A DNA stretch of 33,949 nt from a virus: positions 1 through 33,949 of IMG/VR virus record IMGVR_UViG_3300025147_000009, one strand, 5' to 3'. The stretch's first letter is position 1. Each line of letters starts with the position of its first letter. The notes under the pieces were generated by a model. It saw only the letters and a list, made by a program, of their open reading frames with translations, had not been told where the DNA came from and made no database searches. A program made the translations under genes and the position numbers. Below are positions 17,189 to 21,917 of the stretch, piece by piece.

Positions 17189-17274
17189 AAAAAAATTATC
17201 ACCTCATCATTTGTTGGTCGCTAAAATAGACGTATCAAGGTGCTCTGAAAGCCTACATCTAAGCCTTGAAATGC

Positions 17275-17303
17275 TTGACATTTCGTACCAAATATGAGAT
17301 AAT
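17275..17303 (+). promoter_or_regulatory. Near-consensus sigma-70-type promoter on the plus strand (antisense to the early operon)
   Basis: TTGACA (17275-17280), a 17-nt spacer, then GATAAT (17298-17303). Confidence 0.5.
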
Positions 17304-17309
17304 AATAAT

Positions 17310-17380
17310 GTATTTATTTTATATCGTATTCGGTACGATCTGGCTGCTTAGGAGCGTTAATCCTTAGCAGCCTTTTATTA
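17310..17380 (+). ncRNA. Predicted antisense small RNA of about 70 nt (countertranscript-like) in the leader upstream of the Rep-like gene
   Basis: The promoter above is followed by a hairpin GGCTGCTTAGGA-gcgttaa-TCCTTAGCAGCC (17342-17372, 12 bp with one T-T mismatch) and TTTTATTA. No plus-strand ORF lies between them. The same hairpin lacks a U-tract on the minus RNA. Confidence 0.35.
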
Positions 17381-17397
17381 TGTAATTTTTCATATCA

Positions 17398-17628
17398 TCA
17401 ATACCTGCAAACGTGCTCTTTAAACCCTGACATACCGTCTAAATGCTCACGTCCGAATACATATCCAGTGGGGGTTACAAATTGCTGACCACTGCTGCCT
17501 TGCGGAACTGGTATAAAGAAATGCGTTCTATCGTCAATGATAATTGATGCCTTCGTTCCTTTAAATCTCATATACCTTATTTTGCGATTGCAGAACCTGC
17601 ACCTTTTCTGCTCTTGAAACTCTCTCAT
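17398..17628 (-). CDS. Hypothetical protein (76 aa) with an N-terminal CxxC
   Basis: Trimmed to ATG 17628 (MREFQEQKRCRFCNRK...) with AAGGAG 7 nt upstream. Confidence 0.5.
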   Translation of the reverse strand: MREFQEQKRCRFCNRKIRYMRFKGTKASIIIDDRTHFFIPVPQGSSGQQFVTPTGYVFGREHLDGMSGFKEHVCRY

Positions 17629-17815
17629 TTTTCCGCTCCTTTCTACCTTCGTTATACTCATAAACCCATACCCATATAATAAGCGGTACTAAAAATATAA
17701 ATACTTCCCCACCAACTGCATCATAGCCACGTTGGGTTCTAACAATATCAAATATCTTTGGTGCAACTGCGAAGGTTAATGCGTAAAGAATAATAAGTAA
17801 TCTCAGTAATTTCAC
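17561..17815 (-). CDS. Small two-TM membrane protein (84 aa)
   Basis: MKLLRLLIILYALTFAVAPKIF...GGEVFIFLVPLIIWVWVY. GTG start with GAAGGTGA upstream. Its charged tail overlaps the next gene by 68 nt. Confidence 0.45.
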   Translation of the reverse strand: MKLLRLLIILYALTFAVAPKIFDIVRTQRGYDAVGGEVFIFLVPLIIWVWVYEYNEGRKERKNERVSRAEKVQVLQSQNKVYEI

Positions 17816-17974
17816 TTAGCTCACCTTCTTTATAATTTTTATAGTGCCAGTGTGCCGATGCACAAGGGTCAGCTCCAACGATGTTTCAAACAAGCAATGC
17901 CAATTATCACAATTTAGATGTACGGAACTAACTAAAGTCTTTTGCCTCCTTGTTAATTTTCTTGGCTTTTTCAT
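17816..17974 (-). CDS. Small conserved prophage protein (52 aa; resembles the family I recall as DUF6906)
   Basis: Below the track cutoff. ATG 17974 with GGAGGA 6 nt upstream. Sequence MKKPRKLTRRQKTLVSSVHLNCDNWHCLFETSLELTLVHRHTGTIKIIKKVS. Confidence 0.55.
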   Translation of the reverse strand: MKKPRKLTRRQKTLVSSVHLNCDNWHCLFETSLELTLVHRHTGTIKIIKKVS

Positions 17975-17985
17975 AGCTTGTCCTC

Positions 17986-18375
17986 CTAAGTGGTTCTTTT
18001 AATAACACTTGTGTTAGTTCTGATTATTTCAATTTCATCCTTTGCGTTTTTGCAAATCTTAGCCTTTACACCATTACCAAAACCATATGTAACATGTAAA
18101 ATTTCATCATAAGCCATTGATTTTGCAGCATTTTTTAAAATCTCATATTGCTCTTCCGTTGCAGGTGTAACACCGAACTTTGTACACTCTTTTCCGAACA
18201 GTTCCTCAATTTTACCTAAAGCATTTTCAAGCTGCCTATTTGAGATAGCTCCAACACAGCCACAGCTATTTGTTACATTAAGGTCTGCTCTTTCATCAGT
18301 AATAAGATCTAACGATTGAATCATTTTACCTACACCACAATACTTACAATTGCCTGTTACTTCAAATTGTTCCAT
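17986..18375 (-). CDS. Hypothetical Cys-containing protein (129 aa)
   Basis: ORF-track ORF with CKYC...CGC. No family recognised. Confidence 0.55.
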   Translation of the reverse strand: MEQFEVTGNCKYCGVGKMIQSLDLITDERADLNVTNSCGCVGAISNRQLENALGKIEELFGKECTKFGVTPATEEQYEILKNAAKSMAYDEILHVTYGFGNGVKAKICKNAKDEIEIIRTNTSVIKRTT

Positions 18376-18388
18376 CTTGTTTTTCCTC

Positions 18389-18583
18389 CTAAAGATTTTT
18401 AATTTGTGTTGAATAGCTAACCATTTCTTCTACAGTAATAAGGTCTAAAGCATAAGCCAAATGAATTTTCCCTAGAAATGAACCATATTGCATATCACTA
18501 CCAAAATTTTTATATTCTTCAAGACCACGCTCTATTGATTTTATCGCACATTCCCTTTGCTTTTCAAAAGTCAGTTTACACAT
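18389..18583 (-). CDS. Hypothetical protein (64 aa)
   Basis: Trimmed to ATG 18583 (MCKLTFEKQRECAIK...) with AAGGAGGA upstream. The long N-terminal extension in the track overlaps another better-supported ORF. Confidence 0.5.
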   Translation of the reverse strand: MCKLTFEKQRECAIKSIERGLEEYKNFGSDMQYGSFLGKIHLAYALDLITVEEMVSYSTQIKNL

Positions 18584-18716
18584 GAAATAAATCCTCCTTA
18601 ACTTTAATATAACAATCACATTGCCCATCATTAAGCCTGTCCACAAATGGACACCCAAAAGGCTCGTCCTCAATAGTATTTGCACCAGTCTTGCAGGTGT
18701 TACATAAACTAACCAT
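18576..18716 (-). CDS. Small Cys-rich protein (46 aa)
   Basis: Below the track cutoff. ATG 18716 with AAGGAGGG 5 nt upstream. Sequence MVSLCNTCKTGANTIEDEPFGCPFVDRLNDGQCDCYIKVKEDLFHV. Confidence 0.5.
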   Translation of the reverse strand: MVSLCNTCKTGANTIEDEPFGCPFVDRLNDGQCDCYIKVKEDLFHV

Positions 18717-18717
18717 T

Positions 18718-18963
18718 TCAACCCTCCTTGCTTTTTAGCCACTCATGAAATTCTGCTAATGCTGTATCCTCGTTAGTGTTTTCAATAATACCTATTGTTT
18801 CAGCCATAGCACAAACTTGTGAACCTCTTTGAATCATTACACCTTCATGATAATCTTTAAGAGTAACTGCTTTTTCTGCAAACTCACGGTTCTTTATCAT
18901 TTCATTGTGATAATGCTCCATCTTTTCAAATAACAAAACTTTAATTGCTTTTTCAATAATCAA
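18718..18963 (-). CDS. Hypothetical protein (81 aa)
   Basis: TTG 18963 with GGAAGGAGGG 7 nt upstream. Confidence 0.55.
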   Translation of the reverse strand: MIIEKAIKVLLFEKMEHYHNEMIKNREFAEKAVTLKDYHEGVMIQRGSQVCAMAETIGIIENTNEDTALAEFHEWLKSKEG

Positions 18964-18983
18964 TTATTTACCCTCCTTCCTAA

Positions 18984-19130
18984 TTAGCTTGCTGTTTGCC
19001 TCTGTTTCTTCCATTCCTCAAAGCCTTTTCTAAATTCTTCATTTTCAAAAGCCTTTAATATAATAGGTATTAAGTCACCTGCCAAGCTGTCAATCACAGG
19101 TTCAGGTATATTCAATTTTGTTTTAGTCAT
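18984..19130 (-). CDS. Small hypothetical protein (48 aa)
   Basis: Below the track cutoff. ATG 19130. Its SD (GAGGAC) is the left edge of the 72-bp repeat. Sequence MTKTKLNIPEPVIDSLAGDLIPIILKAFENEEFRKGFEEWKKQRQTAS. Confidence 0.45.
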   Translation of the reverse strand: MTKTKLNIPEPVIDSLAGDLIPIILKAFENEEFRKGFEEWKKQRQTAS

Positions 19131-19136
19131 AAGCTT

Positions 19137-19208
19137 GTCCTCATTTCTTGCTTATTTTGTAAATTTTTGTTATAATCACCTCGAAGGGAGGTGTTACATA
19201 ATGAATAA
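19137..19208. repeat. 72-bp direct repeat, copy 1 (72/72 identical to 20166-20237)
   Basis: gtcctcatttcttgcttattttgtaaatttttgttataatcacctcgaagggaggtgttacataatgaataa. The flanks on both sides are unrelated between the copies. Confidence 0.95.
19148..19176 (+). promoter_or_regulatory. Plus-strand promoter inside repeat copy 1
   Basis: TTGCTT (19148-19153), 17 nt, TATAAT (19171-19176). It is followed by CACCTC-N5-GAGGTG (19177-19193) overlapping the SD, then ATG 19201. Confidence 0.6.
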
Positions 19209-19521
19209 AACTTTTGAAATAATCGCAACTGCTTTGATTGAATTAAAACAAGCAAGTAAATCTGCAAACAATGAAAATGAATTTAAGAGTTTAATGAAAA
19301 AATACAATATGATGTTTTTAGGCGAACATTTAAATGTAATTTATACTCACGAATTATTGCCATTGTTGACCTCAACATTTAACCTTGTTATAAGCAATGA
19401 TGAATTACTTGCTGTTATTCCTGCCGTTTGCGAAAGTTTAAATATGAAATACGAAGCACTCAAATTGCGTAGTGATATTGATAATCCCAAACCACATTCA
19501 TTTGCAATCACGCTTTACTAA
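19201..19521 (+). CDS. Hypothetical protein (106 aa) expressed antisense to the early operon
   Basis: ATG 19201 lies 9 nt after AAGGGAGG (MNKTFEIIATALIELKQ...). The track start 19135 lies upstream of the promoter and was rejected. The 3' end overlaps the minus gene 19498-19692 by 24 nt. Confidence 0.55.
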   Translation: MNKTFEIIATALIELKQASKSANNENEFKSLMKKYNMMFLGEHLNVIYTHELLPLLTSTFNLVISNDELLAVIPAVCESLNMKYEALKLRSDIDNPKPHSFAITLY

Positions 19522-19692
19522 AATTTCATTACAACCAGCATCATAAAGAGGTTTTAAACCATGTCTTATTCTTTCAGCATTAATTATTTTTCCGCACCCA
19601 AGCGAACTAATTAAACCTTCTACTTCTAGTAAAGTGCTTTTTAATTTGTTCGCTTTTTCTTGCATTTCATCAATAGTTGTAGTATATTCCAA
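19498..19692 (-). CDS. Small hypothetical protein (64 aa)
   Basis: Trimmed to TTG 19692, preceded by leader repeat C with GGGGGAGGTG and an AAAAAA spacer. Sequence (M)EYTTTIDEMQEKANKLKSTLLEVEGL... Confidence 0.45.
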   Translation of the reverse strand: MEYTTTIDEMQEKANKLKSTLLEVEGLISSLGCGKIINAERIRHGLKPLYDAGCNEILVKRDCK

Positions 19693-19694
19693 TT

Positions 19695-19728
19695 TTTTCA
19701 CCTCCCCCGCTACCCATATGTAATAATT
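19695..19728. repeat. Leader repeat copy C (SD-containing, about 30/34 identical to copy B)
   Basis: Minus sense AATTATTACATATGGGTAGCGGGGGAGGTGAAAA, compared with copy B ATTTATTACATATGAGGAGCGGGGAGGTGAAAA. Confidence 0.7.
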
Positions 19729-19873
19729 AAAATGATGTTTTTTCTTCAAGAAGTTTAGTAACCTCAACCATTGCTATTGTCACAGCTGGCAAATTCTCTG
19801 GCAACTCATTGTGAGAATACTCTGAAAGTAGTTTTAATTGCTTTTGGAGTATTTCTTTTGTTTTCTCTTCCAT
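19727..19873 (-). CDS. Small hypothetical protein (48 aa)
   Basis: Trimmed to ATG 19873 (MEEKTKEILQKQLKLL...) with GAGGAGGTG from leader repeat A upstream. The track start 19912 lies in the repeated non-coding leader and lacks an SD. Confidence 0.45.
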   Translation of the reverse strand: MEEKTKEILQKQLKLLSEYSHNELPENLPAVTIAMVEVTKLLEEKTSF

Positions 19874-19874
19874 G

Positions 19875-19923
19875 CTTTTCACCTCCTCATATGTAATAAT
19901 TGGCTTGTCCATTAGCTGGCTTT
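19875..19923. repeat. Leader repeat copy A (matches 20592-20647 apart from a 7-bp indel and 1 mismatch)
   Basis: The shared 37-bp core tcatatgtaataa[t/a]tggcttgtccattagctggcttt sits at 19887-19923 and 20611-20647. It includes AAAGCCAGCTAA, which in copy B is the last three codons plus the stop of the cro-like gene. Confidence 0.85.
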
Positions 19924-19964
19924 GTTTTGGTAATTAAATAACTCATTACGTCCAAGCCTACTAA

Positions 19965-20165
19965 TTATTTTTGCTTATAAGATTGTCTAACATAGTGAAG
20001 CCCAATGATGATTTTCTCAATGTTCTTTTCTCTTTCCTCAGGTGTCTTTGATTTATAAATGTTTAACACCTCATATTTTTTAGGTTTATGCTCTTTCACA
20101 ATATCATCTCCTTTAAATATTGTTATTCGTAGCTTGGTTTGTCCTATTACTTTAATAATTTGCAC
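19965..20165 (-). CDS. Hypothetical protein (66 aa)
   Basis: ORF-track ORF with a GTG start abutting the 72-bp repeat copy 2. The SD spacing is poor, so the start and the coding status are uncertain. Confidence 0.35.
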   Translation of the reverse strand: MQIIKVIGQTKLRITIFKGDDIVKEHKPKKYEVLNIYKSKTPEEREKNIEKIIIGLHYVRQSYKQK

Positions 20166-20237
20166 GTCCTCATTTCTTGCTTATTTTGTAAATTTTTGTT
20201 ATAATCACCTCGAAGGGAGGTGTTACATAATGAATAA
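20166..20237. repeat. 72-bp direct repeat, copy 2
   Basis: Identical to 19137-19208, offset 1029 bp. Confidence 0.95.
20177..20205 (+). promoter_or_regulatory. Plus-strand promoter inside repeat copy 2
   Basis: TTGCTT (20177-20182), 17 nt, TATAAT (20200-20205), with the same SD/inverted repeat, then ATG 20230. Confidence 0.6.
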
Positions 20238-20412
20238 GCAATTGTCAATAAATAAAATGTCTGAAAGTTTAGAAACATACCGCCAAGAAACAACTATGTT
20301 ATTCGAACAAGGTTCTAATACTCCAGCAACAATAGGAGATTTAGAAGAACTTTCTCGGCAAGTATTTTATGTTCTTAATGATTTCAAAAAAGCCATTGAA
20401 GTGTTAAAATAA
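20230..20412 (+). CDS. Hypothetical protein (60 aa) expressed antisense to the early operon
   Basis: MNKQLSINKMSESLETYRQETTMLFEQGSNTPATIGDLEELSRQVFYVLNDFKKAIEVLK. The track start 20059 was rejected because it lies upstream of the promoter. Its stop abuts the stop of the convergent minus ORF. Confidence 0.5.
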   Translation: MNKQLSINKMSESLETYRQETTMLFEQGSNTPATIGDLEELSRQVFYVLNDFKKAIEVLK

Positions 20413-20589
20413 TTATTTAGTTGAGCTGTCAGTTACCGCTGATGGTTCGTCTGTTATTATTGGGTGAACAAGCCCTACATCATAAATTGCATCTTCTAAT
20501 TCTCTTGTTAGCTTTTTTATCCTTTCTAATTTAGCCAATGTGCCATTTTTATCAAAGTTTAAAGTTACTATCATTGATACGTTTTCCAT
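20413..20589 (-). CDS. Small hypothetical protein (58 aa)
   Basis: Below the track cutoff. ATG 20589 is preceded by leader repeat B (GGGGAGGTGAAAAGGA). Sequence MENVSMIVTLNFDKNGTLAKLERIKKLTRELEDAIYDVGLVHPIITDEPSAVTDSSTK. Confidence 0.5.
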   Translation of the reverse strand: MENVSMIVTLNFDKNGTLAKLERIKKLTRELEDAIYDVGLVHPIITDEPSAVTDSSTK

Positions 20590-20591
20590 TC

Positions 20592-20647
20592 CTTTTCACC
20601 TCCCCGCTCCTCATATGTAATAAATGGCTTGTCCATTAGCTGGCTTT
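20592..20647. repeat. Leader repeat copy B (spans the 3' end of the cro-like gene and the downstream leader)
   Basis: See copies A and C. Confidence 0.85.
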
Positions 20648-20848
20648 TGTATTGTCTGTCGCAAATAAGTGGTCTACAGTTTCACTTGGGAAAAACTTTT
20701 CTCTAATTAAAAAACATTCGTCCAATTTAAATGGTTGTTTGCCCTTTAATTTAGCTAAAACTGTGTTATATCCAATGTTTAAAACATCAGCAATTTCCGT
20801 TTTCCCAATTTTATTTTTAAACATTTCTAATTCTAAATTTGTATACAT
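20636..20848 (-). CDS. Cro-like HTH regulator (70 aa), first gene of the early lytic operon
   Basis: Trimmed to ATG 20848 (MYTNLELEMFKNKIGKTEIADVLNIGYNTVLAKLKGKQPF...) with AGAGGGGGTGG upstream. It is divergent from the repressor. Confidence 0.65.
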   Translation of the reverse strand: MYTNLELEMFKNKIGKTEIADVLNIGYNTVLAKLKGKQPFKLDECFLIREKFFPSETVDHLFATDNTKAS

Positions 20849-20865
20849 ATTTACCACCCCCTCTT

Positions 20866-20951
20866 GCACGAAATATAGTTCATAGGCATAATATAAACTA
20901 TATTTCGTGCATTGTCAAGTGTTTTTTTAATAAATATTCAAAATATCGTGC
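20866..20951. promoter_or_regulatory. Genetic-switch operators: a perfect 15-bp inverted repeat plus a third related half-site
   Basis: gcacgaaatatagtt (20866-20880) / aactatatttcgtgc (20896-20910), plus aaatatcgtgc (20941-20951). The shared core is T(T/A)TCGTGC. Confidence 0.6.
20890..20918 (-). promoter_or_regulatory. Early lytic promoter (PR-like)
   Basis: On the minus strand: TTGACA (20913-20918), 17 nt, TATATT (20890-20895). One operator half-site fills the spacer and the other lies just after the predicted start. Confidence 0.6.
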
Positions 20952-20958
20952 AAAAGTA

Positions 20959-20987
20959 TTGATTTTTTGCTTAATAGATGTTATTAT
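20959..20987 (+). promoter_or_regulatory. Repressor promoter (PRM-like)
   Basis: TTGATT (20959-20964), 17 nt, TATTAT (20982-20987), followed by GAGGTGA and ATG 21006. Confidence 0.5.
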
Positions 20988-21005
20988 GTCTACGAGGTGA
21001 TTAAA

Positions 21006-21344
21006 ATGAGCAGAGAAGAAATGTTAAAAAATTTAATATTATGCAAATATAAAAGTATTAGAGAATTTTCCAAAAAGGTTGGACTTCCATCAACTACAGT
21101 CAATAGTATATTGAAAAATATTGGAGGAACTTCAATTGATAAAATCATACTAATATGTAATGATTTGAATATAGATGTTGAAAAGTTTTCTCCAAAATTA
21201 GAGAATAAATCTTGTTCTATTGCTTGCACACCAATAGAACAAAAAATAATCGAACTTTATAGGTCTAAACCTGAGATGCAGAGTGCAGTTAATAAACTAC
21301 TGGGCGTGGAAGAAGAATATGCTGAAGATTTTATAATAGCGTAA
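21006..21344 (+). CDS. XRE/CI-type HTH repressor (112 aa) with no S24 peptidase domain
   Basis: Trimmed to ATG 21006. SIREFSKKVGLPSTTVNSILKN is a classic HTH_3. The C-terminal half is short and lacks Ser/Lys autocleavage motifs. Confidence 0.7.
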   Translation: MSREEMLKNLILCKYKSIREFSKKVGLPSTTVNSILKNIGGTSIDKIILICNDLNIDVEKFSPKLENKSCSIACTPIEQKIIELYRSKPEMQSAVNKLLGVEEEYAEDFIIA

Positions 21345-21350
21345 GAACTA

Positions 21351-21388
21351 AAAGGTATAATGCGAAAGATGGTGTGTTATACCTTTTG
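21351..21388 (+). terminator. AT-rich 11-bp hairpin after the repressor gene (possible terminator)
   Basis: aaaaggtataa (21351-21361) / ttatacctttt (21378-21388) with a 16-nt loop, followed by GTTTGAT. Confidence 0.35.
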
Positions 21389-21424
21389 TTTGATAAATAA
21401 AAATAATTATGAGGATGTGTTGGT

Positions 21425-21637
21425 ATGACTTGTAAAAAATGTGGAAGTAATAATTTAAATGTAGTAATGGATACCTCTCAAAAAATCAAAAAGAGTGGTT
21501 GCCTTTGGAGTATAGGCAGAACTTTCTTAATTCTTTGCACCGTTGGATTGTGGCTCTTAATTCCTAAAAGAGTTGGGCATACAAAATCAAAGGCTATTGC
21601 TTTATGTCAAAATTGTGGATACAAACAAAACGTATGA
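21425..21637 (+). CDS. Zinc-ribbon membrane protein (70 aa): CxxC, hydrophobic hairpin, CxxC (LITAF-like topology)
   Basis: MTCKKCGS...GCLWSIGRTFLILCTVGLWLLIP...CQNCGY. It is in the lysogeny operon between the repressor and the integrase. Confidence 0.6.
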   Translation: MTCKKCGSNNLNVVMDTSQKIKKSGCLWSIGRTFLILCTVGLWLLIPKRVGHTKSKAIALCQNCGYKQNV

Positions 21638-21669
21638 TTTTAGTTAGACTATAAAATGAGGTGATACTA

Positions 21670-21912
21670 ATGAAAATAAGAGATGATGGTAGTTGTATAA
21701 AATATATTAGAATGCCTGATGGCAAAAGAAAAGTTATACGTGGTAAAGACTTAGATGAGTTTATGAAAAACGCAACTAATTTTTATGTAGAGAATAGAGG
21801 AATCCCCGAATTTAAAAGAATGGCTAACAAATTGGAATTGCTTTGTGATGAATATGGAGTAAATTTTGAAACTGATGCTAACAAGAAAACATCTGATATA
21901 CTAACGAGGTGA
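21670..21912 (+). CDS. Small protein (80 aa) whose N-terminus resembles integrase arm-type/AP2-like DNA-binding domains
   Basis: Trimmed to ATG 21670 (GAGGTGA 5 nt upstream). MKIRDDGSCIKYIRMPDGKRKVIRGKDLDEFMKNA resembles the KR(K/D)DG...Y...DGKRK..GKT..EA pattern. It ends at the integrase SD. Confidence 0.4.
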   Translation: MKIRDDGSCIKYIRMPDGKRKVIRGKDLDEFMKNATNFYVENRGIPEFKRMANKLELLCDEYGVNFETDANKKTSDILTR

Positions 21913-21917
21913 TACAA

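Noticed and set aside
17232-17239. CTTGATAC as decisive proof of a pC194/phiX174-type double-strand origin
   Set aside because: I keep it only as a hint inside another finding. The same 8-mer occurs at 531-538 within a structural gene, and an AT-rich 8-mer is expected by chance about once per genome strand.
17342-17372. The hairpin as the terminator of the minus-strand gene 17398-17628
   Set aside because: On the minus RNA the stem is followed by AGAUCGUACCG with no U-tract. The U-tract exists only on the plus strand.
17561-17661. The 68-100 nt overlap between ORFs 17561-17815 and 17398-17661 as a programmed frameshift site
   Set aside because: No X_XXY_YYZ slippery heptamer is visible in the overlap, and the downstream ORF has its own strong SD (AAGGAG) before ATG 17628. 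I treat it as a simple overlap.
18584-18742. N-terminal 53 aa of track ORF 18389-18742
   Set aside because: The hydrophobic, odd-composition extension overlaps a separate 46-aa ORF (18576-18716) that has a strong SD. The internal ATG 18583 has its own AAGGAGGA.
19135-19200. Upstream extension of the plus ORFs (track starts 19135 and 20059)
   Set aside because: The extensions would begin upstream of, and read through, the TTGCTT/TATAAT promoter. The identical SD plus ATG at 19201 and 20230 is a far better start. The shared peptide SSFLAYFVNFCYNHLEGRCYI is simply the repeat translated.
19137-20237. Possibility that the 72-bp repeats are a CRISPR array or IS/MITE termini
   Set aside because: There are only two copies, in direct orientation and 1029 bp apart. 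They contain a promoter, SD and start codon. They have no terminal inverted repeats, no transposase and no target-site duplication.
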